Source of the DNA: Candidatus Falkowbacteria bacterium
Lineage (GTDB): Bacteria > Patescibacteriota > Patescibacteriia > Patescibacteriales > UBA12465
DNA: 57,740 bases
NCBI GenBank assembly: GCA_009885285.1
Contig: VFKX01000060.1
Coordinates: 1 to 57,740 of the forward strand
Reading direction: 5' to 3'
Every line of letters begins with the position of its first letter. Position 1 is the stretch's first letter. The notes beneath the pieces were generated by a model that saw only the letters and a list, made by a program, of their open reading frames with translations, was not told the origin of the DNA and searched no databases. Made by a program: the position numbers and the translations under genes. Below, in pieces: positions 36,962 to 45,966 of this stretch.

Positions 36962-37641
36962 GCGCCAAACTATCTATCATCATTCCGGTCTATAACGAGG
37001 AGCGGATCATTACGACCTCCCTGCCGCCTATTTTTTCTTTGCCTATCAATAAAGAAGTTATTGTCGTAAATGACGGCTCAAGCGACCACACTTTTGATAT
37101 CCTCTCCAATCTACAAGCACAAAATGACTTTAAGTTAATCAACCAACTAACTAACCGTGGTAAAGGAGCGGCCATCAGACGCGGCCTGGAAAATATCAGC
37201 GGCGATTACTTCATTATCTGCGATGCAGATGGCGAATATGACCCTCAAGATATCGTCATGATGTTTGAAAACATCAGCCAAACAGATAACCAGAAATCCG
37301 CCCTCTACGGCTCCCGTTTTTTAAATAAGCCGTCCTTTAGTTTTCATTACCTCGTTAACTCTTTCCTAACTACACTGACAAATCTCCTCTTCCGCGCAAA
37401 ACTGACCGACATGGAAACCTGCTTCAAGATGATTCCGACTAGCGCTCTTAAAGAAATAACTTTGAGCGGCGAAAGGTTTGAGATTGAGCCGATTATCACT
37501 GCCCAGCTCTTGAAGAATGGTTATGAAATTAAAGAGGTGCCGATTAACTATAAGCGGCGCGGCTACCGGGACGGAAAAAAAATCAGCCCGCGGGACGGAC
37601 TGATAGCAGTGATAACTTTATTCAAACAAAGATTTAATTAA
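36958..37641 (+). CDS. Glycosyltransferase family 2 (Dpm1-like)
   Basis: LSIIIPVYNEE, VVNDGSSD and CDADGEY motifs. ATGA overlap with greA. Confidence 0.85.
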   Translation: MSAKLSIIIPVYNEERIITTSLPPIFSLPINKEVIVVNDGSSDHTFDILSNLQAQNDFKLINQLTNRGKGAAIRRGLENISGDYFIICDADGEYDPQDIVMMFENISQTDNQKSALYGSRFLNKPSFSFHYLVNSFLTTLTNLLFRAKLTDMETCFKMIPTSALKEITLSGERFEIEPIITAQLLKNGYEIKEVPINYKRRGYRDGKKISPRDGLIAVITLFKQRFN

Positions 37642-37652
37642 ACATCCTGAAC

Positions 37653-39707
37653 TTATTCGGCCGGTAATTTCCCGGCCTTTTTTAATTCCTCAACCTGATT
37701 AAGATAATATAAGGCAGAGACGTTATGGCGTTCACGCTTCAAGGCCTGCTCCCAAGCGTCTTGCGCCAAAGTATAATTCCCCAGTTGCCATTGAGCTAAG
37801 CCCAGCTGATTATAAACGCCGGGGAGACGATAGCCAGCATCAAGAGCTGCTTGAAAATAGGAAACAGCTTTTAGATAATTATCCCGACTGCCATAATTGC
37901 TATAAAGACTGCCAAATGCGAAAGCGGTGAACGCCTGCCCTGGATCGGCCTGCAAAATTTCCTGATATATTTCTTCTGCCAGCTCCGGCAGACTGACTAT
38001 TTGAGCTAAACCAGCTAAATGCATTTTATTTTTTAAATTAGCCGTCACGGCCAGTTCCCTAATCCGGCTTTTTATAGCCCATTTATCCAGGCTTAGAGTG
38101 GATGTTTGGGCCGGCCCATATTTTTCCTTATTTATCAGAATCACCGTATATTCATCGAGATAAACCAGCACCCACTTCTCATCGCTTAAAATTCGCTGCA
38201 AGAATTCCTGTGCCCAAGGTGTGCCGTCAGTATGGGTAAAATATATAGTCTTAAAGTTATAGACGCGGGAATACTCTTCCCATTTATCCGCTTCGCTTTG
38301 CAGCGGCTTATAAACATCATTAAAAAAAGCATTAGAATAAGCTTCCGGACGATTATCAACAAAGACTAACTCCTGCGGCCGAAGCCAGAAAATCAAGGCA
38401 CCACCGATGTCATAGTTATTAAAAATCGGGCCACTTAAATTATGCTGTTTGAAATATTCTGCAGACGCTTCATTACCAGAATATAAGCCGAGCCCGAAGG
38501 AATTCTTAATCAGCCTGTTACTACCGCGGGCGTCACTTAGTAGATACGCGAAAGTGCCAATTAGCAAGACACCTAGGCCAAGCAAAATATAAACCCTTTG
38601 CCTTTCAATCGGTTTCTGATAGCGCGCCAAAATCGGCGCCAGGTTAGCGCTAATAATTATTAAGCTGACTAGACCGAATAAAGAGATATTACGCGACGCC
38701 ATTAAGGCCAAAGCACCAATGAATAAAGTGACGAGCAAATCAAAACTACGACGGCGCACACAGCCTAGAATATTTCTGCCGGCATTTCCCCCTTCTTTCT
38801 TCCGGTAAACAAAATAAAGAATCCAGCTGATAGTCAGTAATAGAAAGACAGCTTTAAAGATTAAAAAATTATGATCCACCATCAGATGCTCCAGGAAAAA
38901 AACCGATTTATTCTCCGCGATTTCATAGCCGTAATTATTAAAAATTGTCAAAGGATATAATAATCCGCGCCAAGTATTAGGATTGGCCAAGCAAACCAGG
39001 GCCGATGCACATCCTGCCATTATCCAAATTCGACCGCTACGCCAAGCCGCCTTCCAGTTCGACTGGTTAATCATCACGGACAGTGCCTTAAAAGCAAGCA
39101 AAGCTAAGCCGATAAAAAAATAAATATGGATATTTACCCAGAGCAAAAAGAGCGGCCCAAGCCACCAGAGCCGGCGATATTGCTGCTCCGCTGTGGTTGA
39201 TTCCAGAAGCGAATAAGTGAGAATAATGAAAAGATAAGAAAAGATTTCCGGGCGGACTTCCACGCGCTCGCTTAGCAGAAGGACGACAGGCAAAGACAAA
39301 AGAGCGGCCAGATAATAATAGCTAGCTCCTTCTGACTTAAATATGGCATGAATCGATTTTTCCAGTTTTTTCACGGCTATAAAAAAAGCTAGACTAAAAG
39401 CCGCGAGAATGACCAAAATATTCAAAATTGTCAGAGCCGGAAAACCGCCGAGACGATAGACCTGATAAACGATGACTCCGTATAGCCAATGATGGTTAAT
39501 GAAACGGAAGTCAGGCTCTGTATAAGAATAGGCATTAGTGTATAACAGGCTATGGTTCTGCCATACCTCCCGGCCATTATTCAGATGCCGCCCTAAATCA
39601 GACATCGTCAAATCAATCTGCTGAAAAAATATGACAACAATCAAACCGAGCAGAGCGGCCCAGGTCAGACATTTATCAACTAGCTGCATTTTTCTGTAAA
39701 AAGACAT
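37653..39707 (-). CDS. Polytopic membrane protein with C-terminal TPR repeats (putative glycosyltransferase-C-like)
   Basis: More than 10 predicted TM helices, then a TPR-like AVSYFQAALDAGY..GVYNQLGLAQWQLGNYTLAQDAWEQAL. Confidence 0.6.
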   Translation of the reverse strand: MSFYRKMQLVDKCLTWAALLGLIVVIFFQQIDLTMSDLGRHLNNGREVWQNHSLLYTNAYSYTEPDFRFINHHWLYGVIVYQVYRLGGFPALTILNILVILAAFSLAFFIAVKKLEKSIHAIFKSEGASYYYLAALLSLPVVLLLSERVEVRPEIFSYLFIILTYSLLESTTAEQQYRRLWWLGPLFLLWVNIHIYFFIGLALLAFKALSVMINQSNWKAAWRSGRIWIMAGCASALVCLANPNTWRGLLYPLTIFNNYGYEIAENKSVFFLEHLMVDHNFLIFKAVFLLLTISWILYFVYRKKEGGNAGRNILGCVRRRSFDLLVTLFIGALALMASRNISLFGLVSLIIISANLAPILARYQKPIERQRVYILLGLGVLLIGTFAYLLSDARGSNRLIKNSFGLGLYSGNEASAEYFKQHNLSGPIFNNYDIGGALIFWLRPQELVFVDNRPEAYSNAFFNDVYKPLQSEADKWEEYSRVYNFKTIYFTHTDGTPWAQEFLQRILSDEKWVLVYLDEYTVILINKEKYGPAQTSTLSLDKWAIKSRIRELAVTANLKNKMHLAGLAQIVSLPELAEEIYQEILQADPGQAFTAFAFGSLYSNYGSRDNYLKAVSYFQAALDAGYRLPGVYNQLGLAQWQLGNYTLAQDAWEQALKRERHNVSALYYLNQVEELKKAGKLPAE

Positions 39708-39716
39708 CGCTGTATC

Positions 39717-40193
39717 TTAGCGGTTAAGGACGATAGTCATAAAATTAAGCCAGGAAGCAAAACTAACCCAGATGATATAAGGCATGAGTAACCAGGCCGC
39801 AGCCTTGGAGACATTAAAAAAAGTAATGATATTCAAAAGAATAGAAAACCACAAAAGACTAATCTCAATGAAAGCCAGTAGCGGGCTTTTAAACCCGAAG
39901 AAGATCAGGGGCCAGAAGATATTTAAAGCCAGCTGTCCGGCAAAGACGCCAAGCGCCACCTTAACTTCCGGCCGTCGCCAATCCTCCCGCCAGATGAGAA
40001 ATACTGAAATGCCCATCAAGAAGTAAATCACTATCCACACAGGAGCAAAGATCCATGAAGGCGGAGAAAAAGCCGGCACCACCAAAGATTCATACCAACT
40101 AAGCGCAGGGATAGTGGCCAGCGCTCCGATATTACCGATGAGCTGGACGACAGCAATGGAGACGAAAAACTTAACGGCGTCAATTCTTTTCAT
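39717..40193 (-). CDS. tspO: TspO/MBR family tryptophan-rich sensory protein
   Basis: Five TM helices with PSWIFAPVWIVIYFLMG and WPLIFFG motifs. Confidence 0.85.
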   Translation of the reverse strand: MKRIDAVKFFVSIAVVQLIGNIGALATIPALSWYESLVVPAFSPPSWIFAPVWIVIYFLMGISVFLIWREDWRRPEVKVALGVFAGQLALNIFWPLIFFGFKSPLLAFIEISLLWFSILLNIITFFNVSKAAAWLLMPYIIWVSFASWLNFMTIVLNR

Positions 40194-40213
40194 AGAATCG
40201 TTATTTGATTTGA

Positions 40214-40639
40214 TTAAAGATAATCAGCTACTCCAGTCGGGTAAATAACCTTATTATTTTCCTCATTAATTTCCAGCCAGATAACCCGGCCATCGTCCTC
40301 ACTGTCGAGGATTTTCATCTCCTCAAGGTCATAAAGAGATGAATCCTTGAATTCGGCTTCATACAAGAAAGCAATTTCATGCCCCGGTTGACCGTTAAAC
40401 GTGAAGACATTCTCTAAGGTCCCCAGCAACTTCGGATTTATAATCTGCGTGTCCAGCTCCTCCTTTAACTCACGATGCAGAGCATCAAGCGACTTTTCCC
40501 CGAATTCAATTCCGCCGCCGATGAGACGATAGAAATGATGGTCTTTCTTTGGGTCATAACCAGGAGAAACCAAAACTCGGCCCTTATTTTTGATAATGAC
40601 CACCGTCAAGCCCCTGATACGATCGTTGAAGACGCCCAC
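40214..40639 (-). CDS. Nudix hydrolase
   Basis: GGGIEFGEKSLDALHRELKEELD Nudix box. Confidence 0.85.
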   Translation of the reverse strand: MGVFNDRIRGLTVVIIKNKGRVLVSPGYDPKKDHHFYRLIGGGIEFGEKSLDALHRELKEELDTQIINPKLLGTLENVFTFNGQPGHEIAFLYEAEFKDSSLYDLEEMKILDSEDDGRVIWLEINEENNKVIYPTGVADYL

Positions 40640-40717
40640 AAGATTGATTAATTAGATTATACACTCATTTTAACAAAATATTACGAAAAAGCCTAATATG
40701 CCAGCATTTTGAACTTA

Positions 40718-40745
40718 TTGACATAATCAGGGTATTTGCTAGAAT
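40718..40745 (+). promoter_or_regulatory. Sigma70 promoter TTGACA-N16-TAGAAT upstream of tRNA-Asn
   Basis: -35 at 40718-40723 and -10 at 40740-40745, about 50 nt before the tRNA 5' end. Confidence 0.55.
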
Positions 40746-40832
40746 ATAGACATAAAATGTTTTTAAAGCATTTTTGTTTTTTGAAGACAATTTAATATTC
40801 CCGGGTAGCGCAGCGGTAGCGCAGTTGGCTGT

Positions 40833-41379
40833 GAACTCTTTCTTATCATTTGCTATAATGTACTTATGACAAAAGATAAGAGAAAATATGCCGATCGTGC
40901 TGAGTATTTAAAGAAAGCAGTTGACCGAAGGAGGAAACAAATTCGACAACAAGCGCTTGAGTACAAAGGCAATCGATGTGCAATTTGCGGTTATAATAAA
41001 TGTTTAAAAGCACTGGAATTTCATCATCTTGAATCCGATAAAAAGGATTTTGGTATCTCTGAAAAGGGTTATACCAGAAGCTGGGTGGCGACAAAGAAGG
41101 AGCTTGATAAATGTATATTGTTATGTGCAAACTGTCATCGTGAAGTGCACGAAGGTTCTACGCAGCTTCCTCAGGTAACTGAGGTCGAAAAACGAGGTGA
41201 ATTGCTGGAAGCCTAAATCCGCAAGGATATGGTAATCAGCAGCCAAGGCCTGAAGTTCAGGCAAGGTTCAGAGACTATCCCGAAAGGGAGTACTTCTCTA
41301 TTCAGAGCAGGAAGCGCCTCGCATCCGTTTTGACGGATGATGATATAGTCCACCCCATTAGGAAACTTTTGGATAAGTG
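40833..41379 (+). mobile_element. Group I intron (547 nt) in the anticodon loop, carrying an HNH ORF
   Basis: The 5' exon ends in U and the intron ends in G. Core strings AAGGATATGGTAATCAGCAGCCAAGGCCTGAAG, GGTTCAGAGACTATC and GATATAGTCC match the conserved Tetrahymena/Azoarcus-type P4-P7 and P7-P9.0 sequences as I recall them. Confidence 0.8.
40866..41216 (+). CDS. HNH homing endonuclease (intron-encoded)
   Basis: CAICGYNKCLKALEFHHLE...LLCANCHREVHEG (HNH with a CxxC pair). Lies wholly inside the intron. Confidence 0.85.
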   Translation: MTKDKRKYADRAEYLKKAVDRRRKQIRQQALEYKGNRCAICGYNKCLKALEFHHLESDKKDFGISEKGYTRSWVATKKELDKCILLCANCHREVHEGSTQLPQVTEVEKRGELLEA

Positions 41380-41427
41380 TAACCAATTGGTCGTCGGTTC
41401 GAATCCGACCCCGGGAGCATAGAAAAG

Positions 41428-41450
41428 ACGAGAGTAAAATCTCGTTTTTT
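41428..41450 (+). terminator. Rho-independent terminator after the tRNA
   Basis: ACGAGA/TCTCGT stem, loop GTAAAA, then T6. Confidence 0.65.
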
Positions 41451-41528
41451 CTTTGGAATAATAGCTATTGCCAATAAAAAATCCCCAGCTTCTAAAACTA
41501 GGGACTACTAAATTCACATTTATGAGTG

Positions 41529-41975
41529 CTAATACGGCAATAAACCGCCTTGCGCATCTCTAATTCTCTTCCGAGTTTCATCAACACTCAGAGCTGGCAT
41601 TTCCCGTAACTGATAGATTTTCTTAATCTTACCTTTGTAGCTTATCCCCCAGATTGGCCAACCACGTTCCATTAGCCAACGAGCTTCACCATGTACTCCA
41701 GCTCCATACTGACCATCGGTAAAAGGTAGAAATATTCCGGCGCTGCATTGTGGCAGAACTGATGAATAAAAATAATCCATCGCATTGCCGGTCCTAATCT
41801 TCCAAGCCAAGCACTCATCCTGATGATGCTTATCACCCGGATTATCAACTATCCAGACGCCACCAAGGCCTTGACTTAGCTCCTGGCAATGCGCAGCTAT
41901 CAAGGCTAGTAATAATTCCTCCAGTTCAGTGCCATAAACATTAATCGGGTGCCCGAAGTATATTTTTTTCATCAT
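41529..41975 (-). CDS. Hypothetical protein (148 aa)
   Basis: Long ORF. No motif I can name. Confidence 0.5.
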   Translation of the reverse strand: MMKKIYFGHPINVYGTELEELLLALIAAHCQELSQGLGGVWIVDNPGDKHHQDECLAWKIRTGNAMDYFYSSVLPQCSAGIFLPFTDGQYGAGVHGEARWLMERGWPIWGISYKGKIKKIYQLREMPALSVDETRKRIRDAQGGLLPY

Positions 41976-42144
41976 TTTTCCTCCGTCTTTAAAGTACGTA
42001 TTCCAGCCATATTATACTGGTGATGAGTTCTGAGTGTCAAATATCAATAATTTCATCAGAATATAATCGTATTATTTACAATTATCAATCTTTGTGATAT
42101 GTTTTCTCCAGACAAAATGCATTGTCGAACTTTAAAAACACCAC

Positions 42145-42483
42145 ATGAACAAATTATTGCTAAAAGGCCATGAACTAACCTATGTCGGAGAACCTTTAGA
42201 GGTCATTGTCCTTGATAGAAAAAATAATTGGAGCACCGTCTCAAATTTCCTTCTCGATGGCCAAAAAGAAAAGGAAGTTGAACTAAAGACTCTCCAGGAA
42301 TGTTATGATTACTTAAAATTCTGGGTTAGTCAGCCCCACTTCGTTTTCGGAGTTATTTTAGATTACGGTACTCAGACGGTTTATTTCAATAAATTTGAAG
42401 CCATGGAATGCTATTTCAACTCCCAAGCCAAAGGCGAAGATTTAAGGTCGTATTTCTATAAACGCGAACCAATCAGCTTCTAG
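42145..42483 (+). CDS. Hypothetical protein (112 aa)
   Basis: ORF followed by a clear terminator. Confidence 0.5.
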   Translation: MNKLLLKGHELTYVGEPLEVIVLDRKNNWSTVSNFLLDGQKEKEVELKTLQECYDYLKFWVSQPHFVFGVILDYGTQTVYFNKFEAMECYFNSQAKGEDLRSYFYKREPISF

Positions 42484-42507
42484 CTTTTCAGTATTCATTA
42501 AACAATC

Positions 42508-42534
42508 GGCTCAATTAATTTTGAGCCTTTTTTA
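42508..42534 (+). terminator. Rho-independent terminator
   Basis: GGCTCAA/TTGAGCC stem followed by T6. Confidence 0.75.
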
Positions 42535-42693
42535 TTGGCCGCGCTAAAGTGTTTACAATCAACCGGTATGATTTACTAACAGTGAACAGGAGTACCCGCC
42601 AATCATAATAATTAAACCTTCCCCTTCTAAGCTGACCGCAAAGATAAGTCAATCTAGCGCTCAGATTATATTTTCTCTCCCGAACCACCTCGG

Positions 42694-43446
42694 CTAGTGA
42701 TCTTCCGCCGCCGCTTGATAACTGACGGAGTCAGCATGAACTCGATATTTTATTAAGTCACGATCAATTTTTTCAATTTTCATGCCGTTAGAAACCAGGG
42801 TCAGCCATAAGGTATAATCCTCTGCTCTTGTCGCTAATGGATAAGCAAATTGACAACAAACTGAACGGCGCAGCATCATCGATGACTGCACCAGGCAATT
42901 ACTGATAATTAGCTGTTCTTTAATATCTTCAGCGCTGGTAAGCTTATGAAAGATCGGATAATAATTAATCACCTGATCTTGGTTATCAATAGGCTCGGCC
43001 GTTGTGGCGACAGCAGCACAATCAGGATGAGCTTCAAGATAAGCAGCTTGCTCCGCAAATCGCTCTGGCAGGCAAATATCGTCCCCATCCATTCTCGCGA
43101 TATATAATCCCCGAGCTTTTTTTATACCTTCATTCACGCTAGTCCCAATCCTGGATGCACCATAATTAACAGAGTGCTCCACATAAACAATCCTAGGGTC
43201 ATGATAGCTTTGGATAATTTTCTTGGTGCCATCCGTTGAAGCATCGTTGATAATAATAAATTCAAAATCAGTTAACGTCTGGCTTAGAACACTCTCAATG
43301 GCCGCACGCAAATATTTCTCTGCGTTAAAAACTGTCATCACTACCGAAATAAGAGGTGAACAAGAATTCGCCCCGACCTTGGCCTGAGTGACGTTGCTAT
43401 AGTTTTCGTTGGCCAATAAGCCGTCGCTAAGATAAACCATAAACAC
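42694..43446 (-). CDS. Glycosyltransferase family 2
   Basis: ISVVMTVFNAEKYL, IIINDASTDGT and ARMDGDD motifs. Confidence 0.85.
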   Translation of the reverse strand: MFMVYLSDGLLANENYSNVTQAKVGANSCSPLISVVMTVFNAEKYLRAAIESVLSQTLTDFEFIIINDASTDGTKKIIQSYHDPRIVYVEHSVNYGASRIGTSVNEGIKKARGLYIARMDGDDICLPERFAEQAAYLEAHPDCAAVATTAEPIDNQDQVINYYPIFHKLTSAEDIKEQLIISNCLVQSSMMLRRSVCCQFAYPLATRAEDYTLWLTLVSNGMKIEKIDRDLIKYRVHADSVSYQAAAEDH

Positions 43447-43629
43447 TTATAATTATCTGGATATTATACCATTATTCCCAACTTTCATAGAATATATGTT
43501 CTACTGGCCATTAATTTGGTCTTTATGGATTTCTGGCCGCTAAATGGACAAAGCCCAGTATTTATGATAATTTTCTCCTATCAAGCAGTTCACCGCTCTT
43601 TAAAATAATTTTCACCAATACGACCGATC

Positions 43630-44592
43630 ATGAAAAAAATAAGGAAAATCATACTAGTAATAATACTGGGCTTAATATTATCTGGCTTTAAAAATACCAG
43701 TGAGCCCCAGACACCAGCCGATTACGAATTAAGTAAAGTCGCCGCCTTAAACATTGACGGATTAGCCGCCAAAAAATCCTTGAACCCAGTCGCTCTGATG
43801 CGGCTCATGCAAGGATATATCGATAAGACGATAGCCCGCGAGCGAAATTTGCACGACACCATTCGTGATTATCAGCCTTACTTAGACTCAGCCCTCATCC
43901 TTTTCGGCAAAATTGAAAGCGCCCGGCAACAAGCCGAACGCTTAGTCGGCTCCGCCGGCTATTTACCGAAAATCCAAGCAGAATTCCATTGCAGTCCTGC
44001 CGTTGCCCTTGAGCATCAGCGCGTCAGAGTGGCTAATATTGATATCTCCAATTACCGCTTCGTCTCATCCCAGGAAATGGAATCTTTCAACGAAGAATCC
44101 GTGGGCTCAGTCGCCTACGCCATCCGCGGCACTAATGAAATCCTCTTTGTTTACACAGCTGATAGTGGTGAAGAAAATATCTACACGACAGCCTTGCATG
44201 AATTCCTGCATAAGGCGACAAACTCTCAGGCAGGCTTATCCGACATCACTACCAGCTTATTATCCACCTGGTCATTCCGTACCTATCGTGCGCCAGCCCA
44301 AATCAGTGCCCAAGACAGTAGTCATGTTCAAGAAATGCTAGCTTATAGCGATTATTGCTCTGCAGCAGAAGAAAGATATGTCAGATTTAAAATCCTGGAG
44401 TCAGAGCTGGAAAAATTTGGTATTAAAGAGTTAGGTGAATCTTTCACTCTTATTCATTACGAAAGAATGATGCAGCTCTTCACTTTAGAAGAAATTGATA
44501 GTGGAGCCGGCTGGTTCATCTATTTCACAAAGGGCTACGATAGTCCTTATGGATATCAATACTTTAAGAAATTATTTACTTCGATTGGCTAA
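43630..44592 (+). CDS. Secreted hypothetical protein with HExxH motif (putative metalloprotease-like)
   Basis: Signal peptide KIILVIILGLILSG. TTALHEFLHKA. Confidence 0.5.
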   Translation: MKKIRKIILVIILGLILSGFKNTSEPQTPADYELSKVAALNIDGLAAKKSLNPVALMRLMQGYIDKTIARERNLHDTIRDYQPYLDSALILFGKIESARQQAERLVGSAGYLPKIQAEFHCSPAVALEHQRVRVANIDISNYRFVSSQEMESFNEESVGSVAYAIRGTNEILFVYTADSGEENIYTTALHEFLHKATNSQAGLSDITTSLLSTWSFRTYRAPAQISAQDSSHVQEMLAYSDYCSAAEERYVRFKILESELEKFGIKELGESFTLIHYERMMQLFTLEEIDSGAGWFIYFTKGYDSPYGYQYFKKLFTSIG

Positions 44593-44620
44593 AAAAATTT
44601 CCGGTCAAATACTACGTGCT

Positions 44621-44656
44621 AAGCCCGACACACAATGCCGGGCTTTTATATTTTTT
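44621..44656 (+). terminator. Rho-independent terminator
   Basis: AAGCCCG/CGGGCTT stem followed by a T-rich tail. Confidence 0.65.
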
Positions 44657-44769
44657 AAGTCAACGTCAACTACATTTTAGCGCCGGCGCATAAATAAATA
44701 CCACCAAAAGACCATAAAACCGCATAATTATGGGGCTTTTCTTAATGTATACTTATCCCCCGTCACCCC

Positions 44770-44798
44770 TTGACAAAAGACCATCAATGTTATACAAT
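44770..44798 (+). promoter_or_regulatory. Consensus sigma70 promoter TTGACA-N17-TACAAT
   Basis: -35 at 44770-44775 and -10 at 44793-44798. Confidence 0.65.
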
Positions 44799-44845
44799 AT
44801 AGACATTAATAGAACATTAAAATTTAACTTTTTAAATCTTTAGAG

Positions 44846-45022
44846 ATGGCAGGTTACCAAGATTCAGAAGTCCAAACGGACATCGCCAACACAGTGGAAA
44901 TTCCGACCAATAAACATGCGGATGCCCAAGCTAAGCGTGATTTCTTAAAAGAAAATCCGATTAGTAAAGTTATCACAGGTAAAAAAAACCAAACGCTAAA
45001 AGAAGCGAATGAAGAGGATTAA
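44846..45022 (+). CDS. Possible small protein (58 aa, MAGYQDSEVQTD...)
   Basis: My own translation. It lies downstream of the consensus promoter. No clear Shine-Dalgarno sequence. Confidence 0.3.
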   Translation: MAGYQDSEVQTDIANTVEIPTNKHADAQAKRDFLKENPISKVITGKKNQTLKEANEED

Positions 45023-45102
45023 AAGATAATGGGGTGACACAGAAATAAGTCCCCCATTAAAACAGATAGAGATTTTAAAAAAGAAAACAACACCATATAT
45101 AT

Positions 45103-45175
45103 GCCAACGCTTCCATGAAGCCGCGGACCGATCAACAAAAATAGCCAGCGCTTCTAAGAAGCTTTGGACCGATCA
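45103..45175 (+). repeat. Two 32-nt direct repeats (26/32 identical, 41-bp period), each with a GCTTC-NNN-GAAGC hairpin
   Basis: 45103-45134 is GCCAACGCTTCCATGAAGCCGCGGACCGATCA. 45144-45175 is GCCAGCGCTTCTAAGAAGCTTTGGACCGATCA. Confidence 0.7.
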
Positions 45176-45188
45176 CTAGAATTGCCAG

Positions 45189-45218
45189 GCGGTATTGATT
45201 ACTCAATACCGCTTTTTT
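45189..45218 (+). terminator. Rho-independent terminator
   Basis: Perfect 10-bp stem GCGGTATTGA/TCAATACCGC, loop TTAC, then T6. Confidence 0.8.
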
Positions 45219-45319
45219 CTTAGCAAAGTTTAGGTCGCTACTGGCAGCATTAATAGCTGTGACTTTGTCTTTCGTGCGCTCTTGTGGTATTTTTATAATA
45301 TCATCTCATATAAATAAAT

Positions 45320-45910
45320 ATGGACAAGGTTATCCAAAATTTTGAAAAAGTATTAATAAAGTTTCCCGGCTTAGCTGATGTTTTAACAAAACTAGAAGCA
45401 GCTCACATAAGGTACGGCCTCTATGGCGGCGGCTATGTCGCGCTTCTGACTTCTAACAGAGAGATTAATGATTTGGATTTTTTAGTGGCCGATGATGACA
45501 TGATCAGATTAAAGAAACTTTTCCCGGCAGCTAAAACCAAGAATCAAGGCAAATACGGTCCCTGCTCTTTTTTGATCATCGGCGATGGCGAAGAATTTGA
45601 ATTTGTTTCCGACGTGCACATCAATATCGAACAATCACATTATCGCATTATTCTGAGCGCTGCTTGCTTGAGTCATTCTTCCGCAATCCATCATAATGGG
45701 ATTAAGCTCCGACTGCTCAACAAAGTCGATACAATTATCTTTAAAGCTATACTTCAGAGGGGCTCAGAAGCTGGTAAGCACGATCTAGAGGATATTGCAG
45801 CTATACTTCAACCCGGAGAGATCGATAAGGAATATTTACAGTTCAGACTCCGCGAAACTAAAGCTGACAATAGGCTTTTAAAGGCTTTAGCGCCCTTCCA
45901 ACTAATATAA
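45320..45910 (+). CDS. Pol-beta-superfamily nucleotidyltransferase-fold protein
   Basis: GLYGGGYVALLTSNREINDLDFLV fits the G[GS]-x9-13-D-x-D pattern. Confidence 0.6.
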   Translation: MDKVIQNFEKVLIKFPGLADVLTKLEAAHIRYGLYGGGYVALLTSNREINDLDFLVADDDMIRLKKLFPAAKTKNQGKYGPCSFLIIGDGEEFEFVSDVHINIEQSHYRIILSAACLSHSSAIHHNGIKLRLLNKVDTIIFKAILQRGSEAGKHDLEDIAAILQPGEIDKEYLQFRLRETKADNRLLKALAPFQLI

Positions 45911-45966
45911 AATGCACCCAATATAAAAGGGAGGATTAATTTCCTCCCTTTTTTAAACGAATTCGT

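Larger units (their letters stand above)
40799..41417 (+). tRNA. tRNA-Asn(GUU) interrupted by a group I intron (exons 40799-40832 and 41380-41417)
   Basis: The joined exons fold as a cloverleaf: acceptor TCCCGGG/CCCGGGA, D arm GCGC-AGCGGTA-GCGC, anticodon arm GTTGG-CTGT|TAA-CCAAT, variable loop TGGTC, T arm GTCGG-TTCGAAT-CCGAC, discriminator G. U1-A72 plus G73 and GGCUGUUAACC resemble bacterial tRNA-Asn. CCA is not encoded. Confidence 0.8.

Noticed and set aside
40864-41130. Track ORF of 88 aa on the minus strand.
   Set aside because: It is antisense to the HNH endonuclease ORF, which has clear HNH/CxxC motifs. The translation is low-complexity.
41302-41517. Track ORF of 71 aa on the minus strand.
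   Set aside because: It lies antisense across the group I intron 3' core, the tRNA-Asn 3' exon and its terminator. The RNA features explain the region better.
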